Assembly (NCBI GenBank): GCA_052390035.1
Contig: JBQTHI010000109.1
Span: 1,401-65,400 of the forward strand
DNA from: Actinomycetota bacterium
Lineage (GTDB): Bacteria > Actinomycetota > Acidimicrobiia > Spongiisociales > ZC4RG35
Length of the DNA: 64,000 nucleotides
Reading direction: 5' to 3'
Part shown: piece after piece, positions 38,359 to 47,122 of the stretch
Numbering within the stretch: position 1 is the first letter of the stretch
Layout of the letters: each line of letters starts with the position of its first letter
The notes under the pieces: generated by a model
What the model saw: only the letters and a program-made list of their open reading frames with translations
Told to the model about the DNA's origin: nothing
The model's database searches: none
Position numbers and translations under genes: made by a program

Positions 38359-39890
38359 TCGACCCGATCACCCTCGAGGTGGCCCGAAACCGATTCGCCG
38401 CCTTGGCCGACGAGATGGGCTTGGTGCTCCGGCGCACCTCCCATTCGCCCAACATCAAGGAGCGCGCCGACTGTTCGGTGGCGATTTTCCTCGCCTCCGG
38501 TGAAATGCTGGCGCAGGCGGAGCACATTCCCGTCCATCTCGGTTCAATGCCGGCCTCGGTAGCGGCGGTGGCGGAACGATTCGACCCTCACCCGGGCGTG
38601 CAGTACGCGGTCAACGATCCCTATGCCGGCGGAACCCATCTCAACGACCTCACCCTGGTGAGGCCGGTGTTTGCGGAGGGGAGACTGGTGGCCTGGGTCG
38701 CCAATCGTGCTCACCACGCCGACGTCGGGGGCGAGGCGCCGGGGTCGATGCCCGCCCATGCCACGGTGCTCGAGCAGGAGGGCCATGTGGTTCGGCCGAT
38801 GGCGGCGGTGGAGAATGGTCATTGGGATCCGGTGTTTCATGGCCCATTCATTGCGGCCACCCGCACCCCCGGGGAACGGGAGGGCGACCTCGCCGCCCAG
38901 ATGGGCGCCAATGAGGTGGGGGCATGGCGGCTTGCTGCCCTCATCGACGAGATGGGCGTTGCCGAGTTCGAGCGGGTCGCCGCCGCATTGCTCGACTACG
39001 GCGAGCGACGCATGCGATCGGCCCTGGGGGCGCTGCCCGACGGCACCTTCCGTTTCGAGGACCTGATCGAATCCGGTGACAACGACGTAGCCATCCGAGT
39101 GGCGGTTCAAATCGGGGGCGGAGAACTCTCTGCCGACTTCGCCGGAACCGGCCGGCAGGTAGCCGGCAACCTGAACGCGGTCGAAGCCGTGACCAGGTCG
39201 TGCCTGTATTACGCAGTGCGGGTGGCGGCCGATCCCACCATCCCGGCCAATGGCGGGTGTTATCGCCCCCTCCACCTATACGCTCCCGCCGGGACCCTGG
39301 TGAATGCCCTTCCACCAGCGGCGGTGGCGGCGGGCAACGTCGAAACCAGCCAGCGGATCGCCGACGTGCTGCTTGGCGCCCTCGCCCAGGCCGCCCCGGA
39401 TCGGGTGCCGGCGGCCTCCCAGGGGACGATGAACAACGTCCTACTTGGGAACGACGACTTCGCCTATTACGAGACGCTGGGCGGCGGGCAAGGAGGACGA
39501 CCGGGCAAGGCAGGGCAGTCGGGAATCCACACCGGGATGACCAATACCCGCAACACCCCGATCGAGTCTCTTGAGGCCCATTACCCCTTCCGCGTCCGCC
39601 GATACACGCTGCGCCGAAATTCGGGAGGAGTCGGAGAGTTCCCCGGAGGTGAGGGGCTTGAACGCGAGATCGAGTTTCTGGTGCCGGCCGTGCTGTCATT
39701 GATCGGCGAGCGCCGCCGCCATCAGCCGTGGGGCCTGGCAGGCGGGGGGCCGGGGGCATGCGGCGAGGACTGGCTGCTCCGCCCTGGAAGATCCCCGGAA
39801 CGGGTACCCGCCAAGGTCACGATCGACGTCCAACCCGGCGACCGTCTCCTGGTCAAAACCCCCGGCGGCGGCGGTTGGGGTTCGGCCTAA
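38355..39890 (+). CDS. hyuB: Hydantoinase/oxoprolinase family subunit B
   Basis: MIDPITLEVARNRFAALADEM... HyuB pattern. ATGA overlap with hyuA. Confidence 0.85.
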   Translation: MIDPITLEVARNRFAALADEMGLVLRRTSHSPNIKERADCSVAIFLASGEMLAQAEHIPVHLGSMPASVAAVAERFDPHPGVQYAVNDPYAGGTHLNDLTLVRPVFAEGRLVAWVANRAHHADVGGEAPGSMPAHATVLEQEGHVVRPMAAVENGHWDPVFHGPFIAATRTPGEREGDLAAQMGANEVGAWRLAALIDEMGVAEFERVAAALLDYGERRMRSALGALPDGTFRFEDLIESGDNDVAIRVAVQIGGGELSADFAGTGRQVAGNLNAVEAVTRSCLYYAVRVAADPTIPANGGCYRPLHLYAPAGTLVNALPPAAVAAGNVETSQRIADVLLGALAQAAPDRVPAASQGTMNNVLLGNDDFAYYETLGGGQGGRPGKAGQSGIHTGMTNTRNTPIESLEAHYPFRVRRYTLRRNSGGVGEFPGGEGLEREIEFLVPAVLSLIGERRRHQPWGLAGGGPGACGEDWLLRPGRSPERVPAKVTIDVQPGDRLLVKTPGGGGWGSA

Positions 39891-39904
39891 CCGTCTGGAG
39901 ACGG
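39891..39904 (+). terminator. Short hairpin directly after hyuB stop (weak terminator/attenuator candidate)
   Basis: CCGTCTggAGACGG followed by GTTTCGG. The stem is short and the U-tract poor. Confidence 0.25.
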
Positions 39905-39910
39905 GTTTCG

Positions 39911-39947
39911 GCGTAGAAAACCGTCGCATAGCGACGTTTTTCTACGC
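39911..39947 (+). promoter_or_regulatory. 17-bp near-perfect palindrome (candidate operator) upstream of glcD
   Basis: GCGTAGAAAACCGTCGC-ata-GCGACGTTTTTCTACGC. 16 of 17 positions are complementary. It sits about 30-65 nt upstream of the glcD start. Confidence 0.5.
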
Positions 39948-39977
39948 AGAAATCCTGATAGAACAGGGGTTGTGACC

Positions 39978-41390
39978 ATGATCGATGAGTTGCGCCGGGC
40001 CCTTTCCGAGGAGCGGGTCCTCGACACCCCGTTGGCGCGGCACCTCTACGCCAAAGATGCGGGGGTCTACCGAGGGGATGCCTCGGTGGTCGTCTTGCCC
40101 CTTACCACCGGCGAAGTAGTCGACGTCGTGAAGATTGCTGCTCGTCACCAGGTCCCGCTGGTCGCCCGGGGAGCAGGGACCGGCCTGGCGGCGGGAGCCG
40201 TGCCTTTGGAGGGAGGGATCGTCCTCTCGACGACCCGCATGAACCAGATCGGCGACGTGGATCCGATCAACCGCACGGCCTGGGTTGGTCCGGGTGTGAT
40301 CAACCTTGACCTGTCGCGGGCAGTCAGTCACTTGGGGCTTCACTTTGCCCCTGACCCATCCTCCCAGGCGGCCTGCACCATCGGTGGCAACGTCGCCAAC
40401 AACTCCGGCGGACCCCATTGCCTTTCCGAAGGCTCCACCGTCAACCACGTCCTGGCTCTCGAGATGGTGCTGGCGGATGGCTCGGTGGTGACCGTGGGCT
40501 CGCCCGCGCCCGACCCGATCGGACTCGACGTTCGAGGGGTGGTAGTCGGTTCAGAGGGAACCCTGGCGATTGTGACGGCGGCTCTGGTCAAGCTCACCAC
40601 CAACCCTCCCGACGTCCGCACGTTGCTCGCCTCTTTCAGCCGGGTGGCGGACGCCGCCGCCACAGTTTCGGGGATCATCGCCGCCGGGGTGGTGCCGGCG
40701 GCCCTTGAGATGATGGATCAGAAGATCACCCAGGCGTGTGAAAACTTCATACACGCCGGGCTACCCACCGATGCCGCCGCCATCCTCCTCGCCGAGGTGG
40801 TCGGGGAGACCGCTGCGGTCGACGCTGAGGCCGATCTGATCAAATCGATTGCCGTCGAGCAGCAGGCCCGCAGCGTGATGCTGGCCGCCGACGAGGCCGA
40901 ACGGGCTCTTCTCTGGAGGGCACGAAAGTCGGCGTTTGGGGCGGTTGCCCAGATAGCACCGAATTACTACCTGCATGACACAGTGGTGCCGCGCACCAGG
41001 CTGGTCGACACCCTTGAGCGGATTTACGAGGTGGGCGATCGTTATGGACTCACCATGATGAACGTGTTCCACGCCGGTGACGGAAACCTTCACCCGCTGA
41101 TGATCTTCGACGCCGGTGAGCCGGGGATGATCGACCGGGTAACCGCCGCCTCCGACGAACTCGTCAAAGCGTGCGTCGAAGCCGGCGGAGCGCTCAGCGG
41201 CGAGCACGGGATCGGACGCGAGAAGAGAGATCTCATGCCGCTCCTGTTCTCCCCGATCGACCTCGACGCCCAGGCTCGGATCAAAGAGGCCTTCGACCCC
41301 GACGGCCTTTTCAACCCGGGCAAGATCCTTCCCCGCGGTGCACGCTGCTTCGACACCGGTGGCGGCCTCCCGGATGGTGCCTGGGTGTGA
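39978..41390 (+). CDS. glcD: FAD-linked oxidase, glycolate oxidase subunit GlcD-like
   Basis: FAD-binding PCMH-type domain (VVLPLTTGEVVDVVKIAARHQVPLVARGAGTGLAAGAVP). ATG at 39978 after AGGGG; the track GTG at 39972 is also possible. Confidence 0.85.
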   Translation: MIDELRRALSEERVLDTPLARHLYAKDAGVYRGDASVVVLPLTTGEVVDVVKIAARHQVPLVARGAGTGLAAGAVPLEGGIVLSTTRMNQIGDVDPINRTAWVGPGVINLDLSRAVSHLGLHFAPDPSSQAACTIGGNVANNSGGPHCLSEGSTVNHVLALEMVLADGSVVTVGSPAPDPIGLDVRGVVVGSEGTLAIVTAALVKLTTNPPDVRTLLASFSRVADAAATVSGIIAAGVVPAALEMMDQKITQACENFIHAGLPTDAAAILLAEVVGETAAVDAEADLIKSIAVEQQARSVMLAADEAERALLWRARKSAFGAVAQIAPNYYLHDTVVPRTRLVDTLERIYEVGDRYGLTMMNVFHAGDGNLHPLMIFDAGEPGMIDRVTAASDELVKACVEAGGALSGEHGIGREKRDLMPLLFSPIDLDAQARIKEAFDPDGLFNPGKILPRGARCFDTGGGLPDGAWV

Positions 41391-42490
41391 GCACGATCAG
41401 GGCCGCCCTGGCCAGGGTGGCGAACTCGCTCACCACGCCGGGGCCGGGGATGCCGGCCGCCGACCTTTTGGTCGCCCCAAGGACCGCCGAAGAGCTGGCG
41501 GCCGTCCTCGAGCAGGCGACGATATCCGGTCTGAAAGTGCTGATCTGGGGTGGAGGTACCCATCAGGGGTTGGGATACCCATTGGCCCCCGACCTCATCG
41601 TCTCCGTGGCCAACCTCAACCGGATCGTCGCATGGGAACCCGAAGACCTCACCCTCGTGGCCGAGCCGGGAGTGGCGGTCGCCGAATTGGAGACTTTGCT
41701 CGCCTCCAAGGGCCAAACCGCCCTCCTCCCCGAAGTGCCCGGACATGGAACCCTCGGCGGGACCTTGGCCGCCGGGTTGTCGGGCTACCGCCGGGGAAGG
41801 TACGGCCCCACCAGGGACCGGATCCTCGAAGTCACGCTGGTGACCGGCGACGGTCGAATCGTCAAGGCGGGAGGCAGGGTGGTAAAAAACGTCACCGGGT
41901 ATGACCTTCCCCGGCTGGTCGTCGGCTCGCTCGGCTCTCTGGGGGTGATTGTCTCAGCCTGTCTCAAGCTGTGGCCTACCCCAGAGGCAGTTGCGACCGT
42001 CATCGTTGACGATTCCGACCGGGCCGCGTTGGTCTACCGTCCTCTCGCCGTCCTGGCCTCGCCGACCAAGACCCAGATCTACCTCGGTGGTACTCCGGCC
42101 GAAGTTGACGATCAGGCGAGACACCTGGGAGGCGAGCGAGTCGATGAGCTCGTCTGGCCCCCACCGCTTCCGGGACCGCTCCATTGGTCGCTACGGATCC
42201 CCCCGGCACAAGGAGCGGAGGCCATCGGGCGCCTCCCGTCCGCTTGCGCCTATCTCCATCAGGTCACCGTAGGTGAAATTGCGGTGGCCACCGAAACGAT
42301 CGAAGGAATGGCGGCGGTGAGATCCTGGGCCGAGTCGGTTGGTGGGCGCCTGGTCCTCACTGCCGGGACGGTCGACGGCTTTGATCGGTGGGGTACCCCG
42401 CCTCAAGGCCTCGACCTGCAGCGGCGCCTGATCGCCGGATTCGACCCGGCCCGGGTGCTGAACCCGGGGCGCTTGCCCGGACGTATTTGA
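41387..42490 (+). CDS. glcE: Glycolate oxidase FAD-binding subunit GlcE-like
   Basis: GTG start overlaps the glcD TGA (GTGA). Contains an FAD-binding domain (LKVLIWGGGTHQGLGYP). The upstream part of the track ORF lies inside glcD. Confidence 0.8.
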   Translation: MSTIRAALARVANSLTTPGPGMPAADLLVAPRTAEELAAVLEQATISGLKVLIWGGGTHQGLGYPLAPDLIVSVANLNRIVAWEPEDLTLVAEPGVAVAELETLLASKGQTALLPEVPGHGTLGGTLAAGLSGYRRGRYGPTRDRILEVTLVTGDGRIVKAGGRVVKNVTGYDLPRLVVGSLGSLGVIVSACLKLWPTPEAVATVIVDDSDRAALVYRPLAVLASPTKTQIYLGGTPAEVDDQARHLGGERVDELVWPPPLPGPLHWSLRIPPAQGAEAIGRLPSACAYLHQVTVGEIAVATETIEGMAAVRSWAESVGGRLVLTAGTVDGFDRWGTPPQGLDLQRRLIAGFDPARVLNPGRLPGRI

Positions 42491-42561
42491 TGACCGGACG
42501 TATTTGATGACCGGACGTATTTGATGATCGGACGTATTTGATGACCGGTCGAATCTGATGA
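42477..42561 (+). repeat. Tandem direct repeat, 17-bp unit x5 (CCGGACGTATTTGATGA)
   Basis: Copies at 42477-42493, 42494-42510 and 42511-42527 are perfect. Copy 42528-42544 has 1 mismatch and copy 42545-42561 has 3 mismatches. Copy 1 contains the glcE stop codon. Copy 5 contains the glcF ATG. Confidence 0.9.
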
Positions 42562-43781
42562 GCGCCTGGGTTACCGAGCGTGCCCCCACGCAGACCGAAC
42601 TCGCCACCTGTGTCCAGTGTGGCCTCTGCCTCCCTCACTGCCCGACCTTCCGGCTCACCGGGTTGGAGACGGCTTCGCCGCGTGGCCGGATCGCGGCGAT
42701 GCGGGCGGTGGCCGATGGGGTGATCGCACTCGACGCCGAATTCGAGGAGGTGATGACGTTTTGCCTCAACTGCCGCGCCTGTGAGGCGGTGTGTCCCAGC
42801 TTCGTCCCGTTTGGCCGGGTAATGGAAGGCGCCCGAGCCGAGCTAACCGCCCAACGCCCGAGTTCCCAACGGCGACTGCGACATTTCCTGCTGGGCCGAG
42901 TGCTGCCTCAAACCGCCCTGGTGAGACTGGCAACGTTCTTTGCGGTTTACGCCCAGAGGACCGGGTTGGTCGGATGGCTGAAAGGTGGTGTCGGTCGAAG
43001 CGCTCGGGGTCTGCGGCCGCTCTCGCGACGTTTGCCGCGCCGGCCCACCATCGCGGTTCCGTCGGTTGTTCGGGGGACGGTCGGCTTGCTTACCGGCTGT
43101 GTCATGCAGTCCTGGTTTGCCGGGGTCAACCAGGCGGCGGTTGATCTCCTCACCCGGGCGGGATATCAAGTGGTGGTCCCCGACCAGCAGACGTGTTGTG
43201 GTGCGCTGGCGGTTCACGACGGCGATGTTGTCGACGGCGACCGTCTCGCCCGCCGCAACATGGCGGCTTTCGCCAAAGTGGACCGGGTGGTGGCCACCGC
43301 CGCCGGGTGCAGCGCCCACCTCAAGGACTATCGCCACCTCGGGGAGGAGGGCGCCGATCTCTCCAGTCGGGCGGCCGACATCACCCAGATCGTCTCCGAG
43401 GCGATTGAGGCCGGTCACCTGCCGCTCATCGATCGGGCGTCGGGAAAGGTGGTCGTCCATGATCCCTGCCATCTGCGTCATGCCCAGGGGGTCACCGCCG
43501 CCCCGAGACGGATCCTCGCCGCCGCCGGTTATCAGGTCGTCGAGATCGACCCAGACGGGATTTGCTGTGGTGCGGCTGGGGTCTACAGCCTGATGAGGCC
43601 CGAGGCTGCCCACCAGCTCGGCATGGACAAGGCCAACCAGATCGTGACAACCGGGGTGCGCCTGGTCGCCTCGGCCAACCCGGGCTGCGACATGCAGATC
43701 AGAAGCCACCTCGACCGGGGCTACCGGGTTGTCCACCCGATTGAGCTGTATGCCGAAGCCCTGGGTGCCGAAGGCGCCTAG
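42558..43781 (+). CDS. glcF: Glycolate oxidase iron-sulfur subunit GlcF-like
   Basis: Two 4Fe-4S ferredoxin motifs (CVQCGLCLPHCP; CLNCRACEAVCP) and CCG domains (QTCCG; GICCG). Confidence 0.85.
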   Translation: MSAWVTERAPTQTELATCVQCGLCLPHCPTFRLTGLETASPRGRIAAMRAVADGVIALDAEFEEVMTFCLNCRACEAVCPSFVPFGRVMEGARAELTAQRPSSQRRLRHFLLGRVLPQTALVRLATFFAVYAQRTGLVGWLKGGVGRSARGLRPLSRRLPRRPTIAVPSVVRGTVGLLTGCVMQSWFAGVNQAAVDLLTRAGYQVVVPDQQTCCGALAVHDGDVVDGDRLARRNMAAFAKVDRVVATAAGCSAHLKDYRHLGEEGADLSSRAADITQIVSEAIEAGHLPLIDRASGKVVVHDPCHLRHAQGVTAAPRRILAAAGYQVVEIDPDGICCGAAGVYSLMRPEAAHQLGMDKANQIVTTGVRLVASANPGCDMQIRSHLDRGYRVVHPIELYAEALGAEGA

Positions 43782-43912
43782 CGGCGCCTCGGTATGCTCG
43801 CTCACCGTATGGCGGTCTGCCTCTGAACGAGCCTGGTGCGAACCCGTTCATTGCGGACCGGCCGAGTGGCTGGCGGCACTATGCGCGCCTGGCGGCAAAT
43901 TCGTTCGTCACG

Positions 43913-44416
43913 ATGCTCGATCTTTCACTCTTCGCCCTCGGAGCGGCATTGGTCGGTCTGGGGGCCTCTTTGCTGCTGGCTGGTTTCGGGTTGGTTGATC
44001 GCGACTCCGGGCTGTCGACAGGAAGCGGCCTGGTCACCGCACTGGTACTCGTGGTGATCGGCACCTTCTCAATGGGGATTGCCGCGGAGGGCCCGGCCCG
44101 CCGCACCCTGGCGTCGGTCCGTTCCGAGATTGAGCGATCGGTCAGTCGGGCCCTCGCCTCGGTGGCGGTTGGGATCGTGCTGGTGGTAGCAGCCTCTTCT
44201 CTTCGTCGTTACGCGGTCGATTTTCCTCCGCCACTGACCACCGGCGTCGATCTCATCCGGGCCACCGGCGTGGCCGGTTTGTGGCCAGTACCGGTGATCG
44301 GTGTACCGCTCGCTTGGGGTGTGCGTCAGGCCGCCCTCTTCGGGAAATACGGCTTGGAAGCCGAGCTGCCGATCCTCTTCACGGTCTGGGTGATTGCCCT
44401 CATCGCTCTCCGATAG
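43913..44416 (+). CDS. Hypothetical integral membrane protein
   Basis: 167 aa with 4-5 hydrophobic helices. No family recognised. Confidence 0.4.
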   Translation: MLDLSLFALGAALVGLGASLLLAGFGLVDRDSGLSTGSGLVTALVLVVIGTFSMGIAAEGPARRTLASVRSEIERSVSRALASVAVGIVLVVAASSLRRYAVDFPPPLTTGVDLIRATGVAGLWPVPVIGVPLAWGVRQAALFGKYGLEAELPILFTVWVIALIALR

Positions 44417-45305
44417 CAGGTCGGGGAACCACCTTCTCGTATACGAAGTGTGGATGACGGAGTTCCATCCTCTCTTCGATGAGGGCCGTCTCCAACCATC
44501 CGACCCGGGGGATCATGGCCATCAGCCTGGTGGCGCCCTTCTCCTCTGCCAGGTCGATGAGGGCCCTGACCGCTCGATGGGCGTCATCGGGAGTAGTGAT
44601 CAGCAGCGAAACCCATAGTTCGTGGTGGTCCTCGTCGACGACGGCCCAGCCAGACGGACAGGTCCACAGGCTCCGCTGGCGGGCGGCCTCGACCAGGTCG
44701 GCGGCGGTGAGCCGGCGAAACGACCAGCCGTCGGCGCCGTAGAGGCCATGGCCGGTACGAGCGAGGGAGCCCACCGACCAGACCATGAAACCTGGCTCTG
44801 CTTCGGCGGCCGGTGCCAGATCAAACCGTTCAGGACCGGCCAGCCGTCGTCCCCCATTTGATTCAACTCCCTGGGTGGCAAAGGACCGGGAAACCATGAC
44901 GAATCGAGCGATTCGCCGGTAGCCGAGCTTTGCCACCTGAGCCTGGGCCACATAGTTGTTCTCCTCCGTGGAGAGCCGGATGACGGCCGCCCCGCGTCTC
45001 GTAGCCCAGTCGACGCCGTAGTGGTTGAGCTGTGACCCGACTCCCTGACGGCGATGATCGGCGTGGACCCGAGCTCCGGACAACCACGCCTCCTTCCCCG
45101 ACATCATCCGGACGTGCACGACCGCCACCGGCGAATCGTTTCCGTCGACTGCCACCAACGCCTCTCCGTCGGGTTGGTCGAGCCAGTTCAGATATTCGTC
45201 GGGGACATAGTCGCCCCAATCGAAGGTCTCGGTGGTGAAGGCGGCGATCGCATCCCGATCGGATGCCCGGCCGGGCCGGATTATCAACCCGGTCGCCATC
45301 TTCAC
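44400..45305 (-). CDS. GNAT-family N-acetyltransferase
   Basis: RRQGVGSQL acetyl-CoA binding motif. Start overlaps the argS stop. Confidence 0.7.
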   Translation of the reverse strand: MKMATGLIIRPGRASDRDAIAAFTTETFDWGDYVPDEYLNWLDQPDGEALVAVDGNDSPVAVVHVRMMSGKEAWLSGARVHADHRRQGVGSQLNHYGVDWATRRGAAVIRLSTEENNYVAQAQVAKLGYRRIARFVMVSRSFATQGVESNGGRRLAGPERFDLAPAAEAEPGFMVWSVGSLARTGHGLYGADGWSFRRLTAADLVEAARQRSLWTCPSGWAVVDEDHHELWVSLLITTPDDAHRAVRALIDLAEEKGATRLMAMIPRVGWLETALIEERMELRHPHFVYEKVVPRPAIGER

Positions 45306-47104
45306 ATCCGGTCGGGAATCTCGATACCAAGGGTGTCGAGAGCCAAAGTGAGGGTACGAAGAGTGAGATCGGCAAGGCCGAGCCAGGAGGCCTGCCGGGC
45401 TGGGTCCGCTTCATCAAGGATGTGACAGGCGTCATAAAAGCGGTTCCAGGTGGAGGCGAGGTCGTAGGCGAACTCCGCCACGTGGTTGGGGGCACGCAGT
45501 TCGGTAGCTCGGCCAACGGCTGGTGGCAACTGGAGCAACTGCAACATCAGGTCTCGTTCGGCCTCCACCACCGGCGCCATCACCGGGCCCGGGCGCAGTC
45601 CACGTGCTACGGCTTTGCGTTGGATCGATCGGATGCGGACCGCCCCGTATTGGAGATAGGGGCCGGTCTTTCCTTCAAAGGAGGCGAAGCGGCCCGGGTC
45701 GAAGAGATAGTCGGAGTTGCGGTTGTTAATGAGATCGCCGAATTTGAGCGCCGCCACCCCCACCAGGTGGGCGATCTGCTCTCGCTCCCCGGCCGGGTAA
45801 TCCTGGGCGATGTCGGCCTCTTCCAGTTTGGCTCGAGCCGCCGTCTCAACGAGTCTGATCAGGTCGGACAGGCTCACCACCCCGCCGGCGCGAGTCTTGA
45901 ACGGTTTGCCGTCGCTGCCATTCATGGTGCCGAAACGGATGTGCTCGAGGTGTACGGAAGGAGGAGCAATGCCCGCCAAACGGGCGGCGCGGAAAACCTG
46001 CTCGAGATGATCCGATTGACGGGCATCGACCACATACAACGCCAAGTCGATGTCGAGGTCGTTGATCCGCAGGTCGACCGTGGCCAGATCGGTCGTCGAG
46101 TAGAGGAAGCCCCCGAGCGAAGTCTCCAGGATCAATGGTGGCAACTCTCGTTTGTCCCCGGCTTGGTCGACGCTGACGATCAGTGCTCCCTCGCTTTCCA
46201 CGGCCAGACCCTGATGGCGAAGCCTTTCAACCAAAGGGGCGAGCCGATCGGCCACGTCCGATTCGCCATACCAGAGGTCGAACTCCACTCCTAACGATGA
46301 GAAGTCGGCGCGCTGGCTCACCTCGGATACGCGTTTCATGTGTCTCCACAACGCCACATAGCCGGGCCGCCCCTGTTGAAGCTCGACCGTCGCCCGGCGG
46401 GCTCGTTCGGCCCACTCCTCGTCCGTGTCCGACCGCTCGGAGGCAGCCGGGTAGATCTCCTGGAGATCGGCCAGCGTCACCGGCGATCCATCCGGATACG
46501 GACCGTCGTAGGTGGAGTCGAAGTAAGGCAGGTCTGGATGTCGCTCCTCGATGGCGACGATGAGAAGACCCATTTGCAGACCCCAGTCACCAAAGTGGGG
46601 ATCGCGGATCACGCGGTGGCCGAGCAGATGGAAGAGGCGGGCGAGGGAGTCGCCGATGATGGTGGCCCGCAGATGGCCTGCGTGCATGGCCTTGGCGACG
46701 TTGGGCCCCGCGTAGTCGACCAGGACCACCAAAGGTGGCGAGGCACGAGGGATCCGCAGCAGCGGGTCGGTCTCGGTTCTTTGGGTTTGCTCGGCGAGGA
46801 ATTGATCGGTGACGGTGAGGTTGATGAAGCCGGGACCGGCCACTTCCACCTTGGCCAGGGCGGCTCTGGCCGGTTCGACCCCGGCCTCAAGCTGGGCGGC
46901 GATGCGGTCGGCCAGGTGACGGGAGTTCTCCGAAGCGACCTTGGCAGCCGCCAGCGCACCATTGCACTGGAACTGGGCGAGCTCAGGACGCGACGACACC
47001 ACCACCTTCCCGAATTCGGGGTTGAGCCCGGCGGCGGCAAACGCCTTTCCAACCAGGTCGGACAGCTCGTCGAGCATCGACATCGCGGGCGCCATTGTGG
47101 TCAT
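45302..47104 (-). CDS. argS: Arginine--tRNA ligase
   Basis: HAGH (HIGH-class) motif in NVAKAMHAGHLRATIIGD, with DALR anticodon-binding C-terminus. About 600 aa. Confidence 0.9.
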   Translation of the reverse strand: MTTMAPAMSMLDELSDLVGKAFAAAGLNPEFGKVVVSSRPELAQFQCNGALAAAKVASENSRHLADRIAAQLEAGVEPARAALAKVEVAGPGFINLTVTDQFLAEQTQRTETDPLLRIPRASPPLVVLVDYAGPNVAKAMHAGHLRATIIGDSLARLFHLLGHRVIRDPHFGDWGLQMGLLIVAIEERHPDLPYFDSTYDGPYPDGSPVTLADLQEIYPAASERSDTDEEWAERARRATVELQQGRPGYVALWRHMKRVSEVSQRADFSSLGVEFDLWYGESDVADRLAPLVERLRHQGLAVESEGALIVSVDQAGDKRELPPLILETSLGGFLYSTTDLATVDLRINDLDIDLALYVVDARQSDHLEQVFRAARLAGIAPPSVHLEHIRFGTMNGSDGKPFKTRAGGVVSLSDLIRLVETAARAKLEEADIAQDYPAGEREQIAHLVGVAALKFGDLINNRNSDYLFDPGRFASFEGKTGPYLQYGAVRIRSIQRKAVARGLRPGPVMAPVVEAERDLMLQLLQLPPAVGRATELRAPNHVAEFAYDLASTWNRFYDACHILDEADPARQASWLGLADLTLRTLTLALDTLGIEIPDRM

Positions 47105-47122
47105 CCCGCCGGCGGACCGGCC

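Noticed and set aside
42477-42561. Possible CRISPR array
   Set aside because: The 17-bp units are directly contiguous with no spacers, and no cas genes are present. It is a simple tandem repeat.
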